From: an uncultured candidate division Zixibacteria bacterium
Lineage (GTDB): Bacteria; Zixibacteria; MSB-5A5; GN15; FEB-12
Assembly: GCA_963735035.1 (NCBI GenBank)
Contig: CAVTJJ010000006.1
Span: 608,001 to 672,000, forward strand
Reading direction: 5' to 3'
DNA: 64,000 nt
The notes under the pieces: generated by a model
Database searches by the model: none
The model's input: the letters and a program-made list of their open reading frames with translations, nothing else
What the model was told of the DNA's origin: nothing
Shown: piece after piece, positions 48,357-56,855 of the stretch
How the letters are laid out: each line of letters begins with the position of its first letter
Numbering within the stretch: position 1 is the first letter of the stretch
Made by a program: the position numbers and the translations under genes

Positions 48357-49184
48357 CTATTGTTTGACCGCTCCGGCCGTAATACCCGAAACAATCTGCC
48401 TTTGCATGAACAAAAAGACGATCAATATCGGCACCACCGCGACTGTCGATCCCGCCATAAGATGCGGCCAATCGATGGCCTGATGGCCCTGATAGAGCGA
48501 AAGAGCCACCGGGAGGGTGCGAAGAGACGCGCGCGACGTCAGGATGAACGGAAACAGGAATGAATTCCAGTTAGTGAAGAACACCTGAATTGCCAGCACG
48601 CCCAAGGCCGGTTTGCAGAGGGGCATGACAATGCGGAAGACTATCCGCAACTCGCCGGCTCCATCTACCCGGGCGGCTTCTTCCATCGAAGGCGGCAACG
48701 CCTCGATGTACTGCTTGACGAGAAATATGCCTATCGGATTGACCAGCCAAGGGAGAATCAGCGCCCAATAGCTGTCGTAGATGCCGGCTTTGAGGCAGAT
48801 CAGATAGAGCGGGATGATTACGATATGAATCGGGATCATCAGCACGAACAGAGCGGCCCCAAACAGCAATTTGTGTGTCAGAGTCCGGTAGCGCGCCAGT
48901 CCATACGCGGCCAGGAAACAGAAGACAATATTGCCGAGCGTTACAACACCGCCGACCAATATAGAATTGAACAGCGCCCTTCCAATATCCGCTTGTGTGA
49001 ACAGGTCGCGAAAGTTCTGGAACGTCCAGGTCGATGAAACCAGGGCGCTCAGATCGGTTCCGTCCGACGGCAACATGAACGACACACGAAACATCCAGAG
49101 TAGCGGAAAGAGCATCGTCAGCGCCACCAGGCCCAGTGCGACGTACCGCAACGTCAGAGAGATGGTGCCTTCCCGACCTACCAT
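48357..49184 (-). CDS. Carbohydrate ABC transporter permease (MalG-like)
   Basis: EAA loop MEEAARVDGA, WNSFLFP, RTLPV, GITAGAVK. Confidence 0.93.
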   Translation of the reverse strand: MVGREGTISLTLRYVALGLVALTMLFPLLWMFRVSFMLPSDGTDLSALVSSTWTFQNFRDLFTQADIGRALFNSILVGGVVTLGNIVFCFLAAYGLARYRTLTHKLLFGAALFVLMIPIHIVIIPLYLICLKAGIYDSYWALILPWLVNPIGIFLVKQYIEALPPSMEEAARVDGAGELRIVFRIVMPLCKPALGVLAIQVFFTNWNSFLFPFILTSRASLRTLPVALSLYQGHQAIDWPHLMAGSTVAVVPILIVFLFMQRQIVSGITAGAVKQ

Positions 49185-50050
49185 AAGGGTCTCTTTCTCC
49201 GCAGCAATAAGAATTGAACTATAGAGAAGATTCCAATTATCATAAAGAGGATGTAGGCCGCGGCAGACGCGTACCCCATCCGGAACGCCGTAGTCAACCC
49301 TTGTTCATAAATGTAATAGACACCCGTGGCAGTGTTGAATTTCCCTTTGGTCATTATGAAGATTTCTACGAACACCTGAAATGATTTAATCGAATTGATC
49401 ACAACTACAAAAAGCATGACCGGTCGCAAGAGCGGCAGAGTAATTGAAGAGAACGTCCTTGCCCGAGAGGCCCCTGCTATTTCCGCAGTCTCGTACAGCT
49501 CGTCCGGAATACTCTGCAGGCCCGCGAGGAAGATCAGCATGTAATAGCCGAGGGACATCCAGACATCCATCGCCATTATCGCATACAGAGCTGTACCACT
49601 ATCGTAAAGATACCCGTTGACCGGTGCCTGCAACCCGATCATCTCGGCCAGGAAGGCAATGTAGCCGCCCCGAGAATACAGGTTCGTGAAGATCAGCGAA
49701 ATTACTACGAGAGAGGTAATCGACGGCAGGAAGAACGCCGAGCGAAAGAAGGCTCGTCCCCTAAACTGGCGATTGACCAACAAAGCCATGGCCAAGGACA
49801 AGACAGTCGTAATCGGGATTGTCCAAAGGACGAATACAAAAGTATTCCAGAGTGATGACAGAAAGGCCGGGTCAATCAGGAGTTGACGATAGTTGTCCCA
49901 ACCCACCCATTGGTAGTCAGCCGCAAGGAGGCGGTAGTCGGTGAAACCGATCACGAACGAATAGACTACGGGGAAGGCCCAGAACAAGACGAAAGTGAGC
50001 GTCCACGGTGAAGAGAGACTCAAACCGAGCGACGATCGGGATGACGTCAT
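49178..50050 (-). CDS. Carbohydrate ABC transporter permease (MalF-like)
   Basis: WVGWDNY, FFLPS, LAGLQSIPDELYETAEIAGAS, GYASA. Confidence 0.93.
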   Translation of the reverse strand: MTSSRSSLGLSLSSPWTLTFVLFWAFPVVYSFVIGFTDYRLLAADYQWVGWDNYRQLLIDPAFLSSLWNTFVFVLWTIPITTVLSLAMALLVNRQFRGRAFFRSAFFLPSITSLVVISLIFTNLYSRGGYIAFLAEMIGLQAPVNGYLYDSGTALYAIMAMDVWMSLGYYMLIFLAGLQSIPDELYETAEIAGASRARTFSSITLPLLRPVMLFVVVINSIKSFQVFVEIFIMTKGKFNTATGVYYIYEQGLTTAFRMGYASAAAYILFMIIGIFSIVQFLLLRRKRPLW

Positions 50051-51312
50051 TTCCTGTGGATGTCCGTGATGGTTTTCTGCAATATGCGCAGCGTCTCACC
50101 TGGGAGCGCGTTCTCGAAAAGCACTTTCTCGACCGCTTTTTCGATCTCGGCTTCGATCAGCACCCAGTCAGGATCGACCGGCGGATGCTCGGAAAGATTC
50201 AACTGCATTACAAAAGTCTGCAGATTCGGGTTTGACTGGAAATACTTGTCCTGCTGAGCGGTGCGACTCGACGGATTCGCCGACCGATTGGCTTTGCAGA
50301 ATCGCAGTTGGTTCTCAGGTGAAGTAATAAAATCTATCAGCTTTTGAGCCGCTGCCTGTTGGGCAGACTTGGCGCTAACGGCCAGGAACTCGCCTCCCTC
50401 GAAAGACTTTCCGGGATAGACTGCGGATTGCAACCCGGATACGAATGGGCGACCGGTGCCAAAAGTCGGATCAGGTCCCGGCATTAGACTGGTCGCGAAA
50501 TCGATCTTACGATTCTCCAATTCGATCCGTTTGAGAAGCCAATCGCCCGACATTATGACACCAATCTTCCCATCCAGGAAGGCATCTTCGATACCGCGCT
50601 GATCGGCCACGTAGCCACAGCAATCGTGCAACTTCTTGTAGAATTTGAGGGTCTCGACCGCTTTTTGCGACGCGATCACGCAGTACTTGTTGTCATCGGA
50701 GAAGATATGGCATTTCGCCGACCAGAAGAACGGCATGAATTTCTTGTAAAGCCGATGAGTCTCGGCGGTATTGGAGCCCCAGCCGTAGGTGTTCTTTCCC
50801 AGAGCGGTTACCCTCTGGATAGCGGTATCAAGATCGTCCCAGGAAAGGGGCATGAAATCGCGGGCGTACCCAGCGCGGCCCAACAAGGTGCGATTAAGGA
50901 AGAGGACACGGGTCCCAAGGATCCAGGGTTTGGCATAGATCCTCTCGTTATAGCGGGCCATTGACCAGCCCTGATATTCCAGCTTCTGCGTGGCGACCTG
51001 GTCGGTCAGGTCGGCCAGTTGACCGGTCGCGGCGAATTGGGCAATCCAGTCAGAGCCGAGCTCGACCACGTCTGGAGCCGTCCCCGAAGCGAAAGCGATA
51101 GCAATCTTCTCATTGCCGTTGGCCCAGGTCAGATCGGTCACGTTGACACGAATGCCCGGATTTTGCTTCTGGAATTCTTCGACCATGGACGTAATGGTCG
51201 GTCTGATTTCCGGATCGGTCCAAAATTGCCACCATTCGAGAGTGGTCTGAGCCGAAAGAGCCGGTGCCAGAACGAGACAAATCAGGAACAATATCAAGCT
51301 GCATTGACGCAT
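50047..51312 (-). CDS. Carbohydrate ABC transporter substrate-binding protein
   Basis: Type I signal peptide (ALSA), EFQKQNPGIRV, SGTAPDV, GKIGVIMSGDW; ATG 51312 behind GGAG. Confidence 0.9.
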   Translation of the reverse strand: MRQCSLILFLICLVLAPALSAQTTLEWWQFWTDPEIRPTITSMVEEFQKQNPGIRVNVTDLTWANGNEKIAIAFASGTAPDVVELGSDWIAQFAATGQLADLTDQVATQKLEYQGWSMARYNERIYAKPWILGTRVLFLNRTLLGRAGYARDFMPLSWDDLDTAIQRVTALGKNTYGWGSNTAETHRLYKKFMPFFWSAKCHIFSDDNKYCVIASQKAVETLKFYKKLHDCCGYVADQRGIEDAFLDGKIGVIMSGDWLLKRIELENRKIDFATSLMPGPDPTFGTGRPFVSGLQSAVYPGKSFEGGEFLAVSAKSAQQAAAQKLIDFITSPENQLRFCKANRSANPSSRTAQQDKYFQSNPNLQTFVMQLNLSEHPPVDPDWVLIEAEIEKAVEKVLFENALPGETLRILQKTITDIHRK

Positions 51313-51430
51313 ATTTACATTCTCCACATAGATGGCTCAAGAAGGACCTAACAGTCGCATTGGTCAATTAAAATATCTTTTAGTTGATCGACCCGCTCCC
51401 GGTCTAATCTCTTACAGGGTGGTACATTTG

Positions 51431-52231
51431 ATGCCTGGTGTCATAGTAACGGCCTCCGATCCGGCCTGGATCGATGTTTCCCGGTTGCCGGTTTTGATCG
51501 GGACGGTTCTGGCGGTCGTCATAGTTCTTTATACCACTTATTATCTCCAGGGACGCCGGACCTTCAAGATTCGCGAGATCGCCGGTCTCAAGGCGATTGA
51601 GGAAGCTATCGGCCGGGCCACTGAGATGAACCGCCCCCTGCTATTTACACCGGGGTGGGGGGGCGACATACAGCGACCCACGACATTAGCCTCTATGAAC
51701 ATCCTTAGCCATGTCGCCGAAACCACGGCTCGCTACGACTGCCCGCTGGTCTATCCGACTCACGACCCGGTCATCATGTCTGTCGCGCAGGAGGTAATTC
51801 GCGAGAGTTACACCCGGGCGGGCTACCCGGATCGAGTCAGAATGGATCGAACGATGTATGTCTCGTCGTCCCAGTTCGGTTACGCAGCGGCGGTCGAGGG
51901 AATGATCAGCCGCATGCGGCCGGCGTCGGTCTTTCTGCTTGGGACTTTCGAAGCCGAATCTCTGATCCTGGCCGAGACCGGGAATTCGGTGGGTGCGATA
52001 CAAATCGCCGGTACCGATTCGACTATCCAGCTGGCGTTTTTTATAGTTGCCTGCGATTACACCCTGATCGGTGAGGAGTTGTTTGCCGCCTCCGGATATC
52101 TGTCAGGCGATCAATCAATAGTAGCCTCGGTAAGGGCGCAGGATATTCTCAAAATGGCCATCGCCGCCATCCTGATCATCGCGACCGTCTGGGTCACGGC
52201 TGAACCTGCCTCAACCTGGTGGAATTTCTAA
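51431..52231 (+). CDS. Uncharacterised two-TM membrane protein (recalled as DUF6754-like)
   Basis: TM, then IREIAGLKAIEEAIGRATEMNRP, soluble alpha/beta region, CDYTLIGEELFAASGYL, C-terminal TM. Family name from memory, not searched. Confidence 0.78.
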   Translation: MPGVIVTASDPAWIDVSRLPVLIGTVLAVVIVLYTTYYLQGRRTFKIREIAGLKAIEEAIGRATEMNRPLLFTPGWGGDIQRPTTLASMNILSHVAETTARYDCPLVYPTHDPVIMSVAQEVIRESYTRAGYPDRVRMDRTMYVSSSQFGYAAAVEGMISRMRPASVFLLGTFEAESLILAETGNSVGAIQIAGTDSTIQLAFFIVACDYTLIGEELFAASGYLSGDQSIVASVRAQDILKMAIAAILIIATVWVTAEPASTWWNF

Positions 52232-52854
52232 TGGGGCGGAAACTGCCTCAAATCGTCTGCGGTTTCTTTGGGATTGCTCTGCTGGTCCTGTACTTTTCGA
52301 GCCATCCGACAGCGCGCGCAATCAATCTCGCCGTAATCGAGGACTACTATCAAATCATTTTCGCTTTCACACTGCTGGTCGGGGTGGCCAGTTTTGTCAA
52401 AGTAAACGCCCAGGCCGTTGAACGAGGGGAAGAGCGCCCCTACCGGATAGTCGCGCTGGCCGGTCTGGTAGCAATGCCGACAGTCGCCCTGATCTGGGGT
52501 ATCAAAGGTGACTCTCCGTTTATGTGGCTATTTGATAATGTCCAGGTGCCGCTTCAGGCAACAGTCTTCGCACTCCTGGCTTTCTTTGTGGCCTCGGCTT
52601 CTTTCCGGGGATTTCGCGCTCGTTCTACTGCGGCCGGCGTTCTGTTGGTGGCGGCCGTCCTGACACTCCTGAGTCGCTCCGATCTCGGAATTTTCGGTTC
52701 AGACTATGTTACACCCGTGGCCGATTGGCTGCGGAATAACCCGTCGATGGCGGCCCGCCGGGCCATTCTGATAGGCATCGGTCTGGGGTCACTGACAACC
52801 TCCTTGAGAGTAATTCTGGGCATTGAGCGAACGTGGCAGGGAGGCGGAAGATGA
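52231..52854 (+). CDS. Uncharacterised polytopic membrane protein
   Basis: 207 aa, about 6 hydrophobic segments; ALLAFFVASASFRGFR, RAILIGIGLG; TAATG overlap with the previous gene. Confidence 0.8.
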   Translation: MGRKLPQIVCGFFGIALLVLYFSSHPTARAINLAVIEDYYQIIFAFTLLVGVASFVKVNAQAVERGEERPYRIVALAGLVAMPTVALIWGIKGDSPFMWLFDNVQVPLQATVFALLAFFVASASFRGFRARSTAAGVLLVAAVLTLLSRSDLGIFGSDYVTPVADWLRNNPSMAARRAILIGIGLGSLTTSLRVILGIERTWQGGGR

Positions 52855-53660
52855 ACCTCGACAGCCGCCACTATTGCTTTCTCGGTCTAGGGATTGTGGT
52901 CGTGGTCGCGATGCTGCTTAACGTGCAACCGGTGCAGCAGATATCCGACGAAACCCAGCGCATGTTCAACTATATCGATTCGCTTCCTGAAGGCTCGACC
53001 CTCATTGTCTCGTTCGATCACGAAGCGTCGGCCCTGCCGGAAATTCGTCCTCTCGCGCTGGCTTTCTTGCGTCAGGCGTTTGCCCGCAATCACCGCCTGA
53101 TAGGAATTGCCCTGTTGGCGGAAGGCACTGGTATCGGCTACGGTCTGATGCACCAGGTGGCGGGCGAACATGGGAGGGAATACGGTCGCGATTATGTCTA
53201 TTTGGGCTTCGCCCCACAGTATATAGCGGCGATCCTCTCCATGGGAGAATCGATCAAGCACACCTTTCCGCAAGACTACACCGGGCGGCCCTGGGATAGT
53301 CTTCCCATGTTGCGAAACATCACCAACTACGCCGACGTCGCGGGCGTGGTTTCGATCACCGACGGTTCCATGGTGATGCACTGGGTGGAGTACGGACACG
53401 GTCGTTTCGGGGTAACTATTTCGGCATTTGTCGCCGCGGCAATGGCAACGACCTACGATCCATATCTGGCTTCAGGTCAGATGCGGGCGATGGTCAGCGG
53501 ACTTCGCGGCGCCGCCGAGTACGAGCAGTTGATCGGCATCGGCGGTTCCGGAGCGCGGGGGATGCTGGCTCAATCCGCGATGCATCTGTATGTTATCGCC
53601 CTGATCGTGATCGGCAACGTGATCTATTTCAAGAGACGGCGGCAGGGAAGGGGAGCCTGA
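52851..53660 (+). CDS. Uncharacterised two-TM membrane protein, probable distant paralogue of 51431-52231
   Basis: TM - soluble domain (YGRDYVYLGF, PYLASGQ, GLRGAAEYEQL) - TM; ATGA overlap. Confidence 0.8.
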   Translation: MNLDSRHYCFLGLGIVVVVAMLLNVQPVQQISDETQRMFNYIDSLPEGSTLIVSFDHEASALPEIRPLALAFLRQAFARNHRLIGIALLAEGTGIGYGLMHQVAGEHGREYGRDYVYLGFAPQYIAAILSMGESIKHTFPQDYTGRPWDSLPMLRNITNYADVAGVVSITDGSMVMHWVEYGHGRFGVTISAFVAAAMATTYDPYLASGQMRAMVSGLRGAAEYEQLIGIGGSGARGMLAQSAMHLYVIALIVIGNVIYFKRRRQGRGA

Positions 53661-54271
53661 TGGACCTGACTACGGTTCTGGGGGCGATTCTCACTCTGGC
53701 GGTGCTATCTTTCCTGTACCGCGATAATCCGTTCTACAAAGTAGCGGAGTCGTTACTTATCGGACTCTCTATCGGCTACGTGCTGGTAATGACCTGGACT
53801 AACACGCTGATGGCGCGATTAATCGTACCGCTGTTCGAAGATGCCCGACTGGCGTTGATTATTCCGTTCGCGCTCGGGCTGCTGATGTTCGGTCGGTTCC
53901 ACTCCAGGACCGCTATCTGGTCGCGAATTCCGATTGGACTGCTAATCGGTTCCGGCGCCGGTGTAGCCATTCCGGCGATGCTTGGTGCCCGAACCATGAC
54001 CCAAATGTCATCGACAGTTCAGCCGCTTTGGGGCGAGGGCGTATTCAACTTCTCAGCGGTTGTCGTCCTGTGCGGCGTGCTCTGTACGCTCGCCTATTTC
54101 TACTTCACTCGGGAACACCGGGGGGCGTTTGGTCGGGTGGCCAGGACCGGCACCTGGTTTCTGATGATCTTCTTTGGCACCACTTTTGGCTACACGGTTA
54201 TGTCAAGAATGTCCACTTTGATCGGCCGGGTGGAGTTCCTTCTGGGCGACCTTTTACACCTCCTGCGATAA
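53660..54271 (+). CDS. Uncharacterised polytopic membrane protein with internal repeats
   Basis: 203 aa; SFLYRDNPFY, three GxxxG-ending helix pairs; TGATG overlap. Confidence 0.82.
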   Translation: MDLTTVLGAILTLAVLSFLYRDNPFYKVAESLLIGLSIGYVLVMTWTNTLMARLIVPLFEDARLALIIPFALGLLMFGRFHSRTAIWSRIPIGLLIGSGAGVAIPAMLGARTMTQMSSTVQPLWGEGVFNFSAVVVLCGVLCTLAYFYFTREHRGAFGRVARTGTWFLMIFFGTTFGYTVMSRMSTLIGRVEFLLGDLLHLLR

Positions 54272-54274
54272 ACT

Positions 54275-54403
54275 ATGGCCCTGATTTGCCCCAAGTGCCG
54301 TTGCGCGATGAAAGAGCAGAAGCGGGTCTTTCATAAACGCCGCAAATGGATTTGTCCCCGTTGCGGCCGCGTCCGATTTCAAGTACCTACGAAACCACGG
54401 TAG
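54275..54403 (+). CDS. 42-aa basic zinc-ribbon-like microprotein (not in ORF track)
   Basis: Hand translation MALICPKCRCAMKEQKRVFHKRRKWICPRCGRVRFQVPTKPR*; CPKC and CPRCG knuckles; ATG 3 nt after the upstream stop. Confidence 0.72.
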   Translation: MALICPKCRCAMKEQKRVFHKRRKWICPRCGRVRFQVPTKPR

Positions 54404-54549
54404 CCTGAAACTCTCCGGCGCAATTTTCCGTACTATACCTCGAATTTCGGTACTAAGCTCAAGTAGTAACTTCGATGAACAACTGGGGGCTTTTGCCCTG
54501 TTTTTAGGCTGGGAGTCGCGTGAAAATCCGGTTCCGGCCCCGATTTTGG

Positions 54550-54577
54550 TTGACGCTACTCGCTTGTTTAGTAAACT
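54550..54577 (+). promoter_or_regulatory. Possible sigma70-type promoter for the ABC exporter operon
   Basis: TTGACG-N16-TAAACT about 25 nt upstream of ATG 54603. Confidence 0.45.
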
Positions 54578-54602
54578 ACTCAACTTATATGCAGGAGTGC
54601 CA

Positions 54603-55532
54603 ATGCATTTGAAGCTGGAAAATATCAGCAAGCAGTACGACGGCAAAATAGCCGTGGAAGACCTCTGCCTGGAAGTCCCGAAAGGGGTTATCTACGGCAT
54701 GATCGGTCCCAACGGCGCCGGTAAGACCACGACCATCAGAATGGTCATGGATATCGTCCCGCCCGACTCGGGACGGGTCCTCATTGAGGGGCGCGAAGCC
54801 GACGGCCCGGCTCGCGACCGAATCGGCTACTTGCCCGAAGAGCGGGGCCTCTACAAGAAATTCACCCTCCGTGAAGTCATCACTTATCTGGCCGAACTAA
54901 AGGGATGCCCCAAAGCGGAAATCAGTCGGCGCATCGGTCCCTGGCTGGAACGCATGAATCTCAAGGAATATGAACTGAAGAAGGTAGAAGAGCTGTCCAA
55001 GGGGATGGCCCAGAAACTCCAGTTCATCACCACTGTTCTGCACGAACCCGACATTGTCATACTTGACGAAATCTTCTCCGGCCTCGATCCGATCAACATC
55101 GAAGTCGTGAAAGATGTCTTGCTGGAGCTGAAGCGTAAAGGCACGACCATCCTGTTTTCGACACACGTCATGGAGCAGGCCGAGAAGTTGTGTGACCACA
55201 TTTGCATGATCTCGCGCGGGCACAAGGTTCTCGACGGCCGCATCGGCGATATCAAGACACGATTCGGACGTAATTCGGTACAGATGTCATTTGAAGGTGA
55301 TGGCCACTTTATAAAGACCCTCCCGGGTGTCAAAGAGGTTAGGGAGTTCAACACTTACGTGGAACTTCAACTGACCGGCGAAGTGCCGCCTCACGAACTA
55401 CTGAAAGCCGCGGTAGAGCGGCTCAAGGTGAGCCGGTTCGAAGTCATGGCGCCGTCGCTGTACGACATCTTCATTGAGCAGGCCAAGGTCGATCCGGCTG
55501 AGCTCAATCAGAAGGGAGAACACCATGCGTAA
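54603..55532 (+). CDS. ABC-2 type exporter ATP-binding subunit (NatA/YhaQ-like)
   Basis: GPNGAGKTT, GYLPEERGLY, LSKGM, ILDE, STH; AGGAG RBS. Confidence 0.94.
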   Translation: MHLKLENISKQYDGKIAVEDLCLEVPKGVIYGMIGPNGAGKTTTIRMVMDIVPPDSGRVLIEGREADGPARDRIGYLPEERGLYKKFTLREVITYLAELKGCPKAEISRRIGPWLERMNLKEYELKKVEELSKGMAQKLQFITTVLHEPDIVILDEIFSGLDPINIEVVKDVLLELKRKGTTILFSTHVMEQAEKLCDHICMISRGHKVLDGRIGDIKTRFGRNSVQMSFEGDGHFIKTLPGVKEVREFNTYVELQLTGEVPPHELLKAAVERLKVSRFEVMAPSLYDIFIEQAKVDPAELNQKGEHHA

Positions 55533-56847
55533 ATTCTGGGTGATTCTCCAGCGCGAGTACGCACAGCTCGTACACAAGAAGTCGTTCTTGTTTACCACAC
55601 TCCTGACACCCGTACTCATGGTCGTTATGATGTTCCTGCCTGCGTTCCTGATGCAGAAGGGTTCGAATACCACCGAAGTGTACTCGGTCATCGATCTGGA
55701 CGGCCATGGCCTCGGTCGCGAACTCACGAACGGCGTTGCAAGCTACAAGCTTAGCGATACCTCCAAAGCGGCGTTTCGGCTCGACCGCCTGGAAGAGATT
55801 CCCGCGTCAGATACGGCTCGGTTTGGCGAAACCTACCGCCACCTGGTGCAGTGCATCCGGGACAGCGGCCTTACTTATCTCTTCGTGATCAAGCCGAATG
55901 CGTACCTTGCGGATTCCAACCTGCTGCTGGTGACGAACTCGGACAATATTCGCGCTATAGGCCGGTTTGAATCTCAACTCGGCCAGGTGCTGTCGCGCCG
56001 ACGAGTCGAAGTCAGTGGGATCAACATTCCCATCGATTCGATCATGGCGCTCACTCGGAGCGTAGACCTGCCCCGTCAGGACACGAAGGGTGAATCGGTC
56101 AGCCCTGAGATCAAGTTCATGTTCGGCATGGTCCTGATGATGTTGATCTATATGCTAATTTTGATCAACGGACAATGGATGATGCAGGCGGTGATCGAGG
56201 AGAAGTCGGCGCGAATCATGGAAGTGTTGGTTTCTTCGGCTACGCCATTCCAAATTATGGCCGGCAAGATTTTCGGAAGCGGCCTGGCCGCTCTCACCCA
56301 GGTAGCTATCTGGATCGCCGGCGGCGCGGCCATGATGGCATTCGCATCGTCGACCGGAACCCAGATCGATCCGTCGATCACAAAGGTCGTGTTCAATCCG
56401 GCTACGATCATCTGTTTCGCCGCTTTCCTTGTCCTGGGCTACCTGCTGTTCTCGACTATCTTCGCCTTTGTCGGCTCCCTGGTTAACAGCACCAAAGATG
56501 CTCAGCCTCTGATGATGCCGATTATTGTAGTCTTCTTCATTCCGGGTATGATGATCGGCATGGCAGCGTTGCAGATGCCCGACGAGGGATGGATTCGAAT
56601 AGTGTCGTTCATCCCGACTTACGCACCTCTGGTGATGATGATAAGAGTGGCGATACTGGCGCCCAGTTTTGAGGGCAATCCGCTGCTGTCACCCATCATG
56701 CTGGAAGCTGTCATTAGCATGATCGGCATCGTGATAGCATTGGTAGGGGCGGTATGGGTTACGGGACGCGTGTTCCGGATAGGGATTCTCATGTACGGCA
56801 AGCGACCGACGCTACCGGAAATCATGCGCTGGATAAGGCACAGTTAA
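55525..56847 (+). CDS. ABC-2 type exporter permease (NatB/YhaP-like)
   Basis: REY--LVHKKSF, large extracytoplasmic loop, VIEEKSARIMEVLVSS, GKIFG, FRIGILMYGKRP. Confidence 0.92.
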   Translation: MRKFWVILQREYAQLVHKKSFLFTTLLTPVLMVVMMFLPAFLMQKGSNTTEVYSVIDLDGHGLGRELTNGVASYKLSDTSKAAFRLDRLEEIPASDTARFGETYRHLVQCIRDSGLTYLFVIKPNAYLADSNLLLVTNSDNIRAIGRFESQLGQVLSRRRVEVSGINIPIDSIMALTRSVDLPRQDTKGESVSPEIKFMFGMVLMMLIYMLILINGQWMMQAVIEEKSARIMEVLVSSATPFQIMAGKIFGSGLAALTQVAIWIAGGAAMMAFASSTGTQIDPSITKVVFNPATIICFAAFLVLGYLLFSTIFAFVGSLVNSTKDAQPLMMPIIVVFFIPGMMIGMAALQMPDEGWIRIVSFIPTYAPLVMMIRVAILAPSFEGNPLLSPIMLEAVISMIGIVIALVGAVWVTGRVFRIGILMYGKRPTLPEIMRWIRHS

Positions 56848-56855
56848 GGATTGTC

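Noticed and set aside
51332..51430. N-terminal extension of the first unknown-operon gene
   Set aside because: Would fill the whole divergent promoter spacer; ATG 51431 is preferred, though GTG 51420-region alternatives were not excluded.
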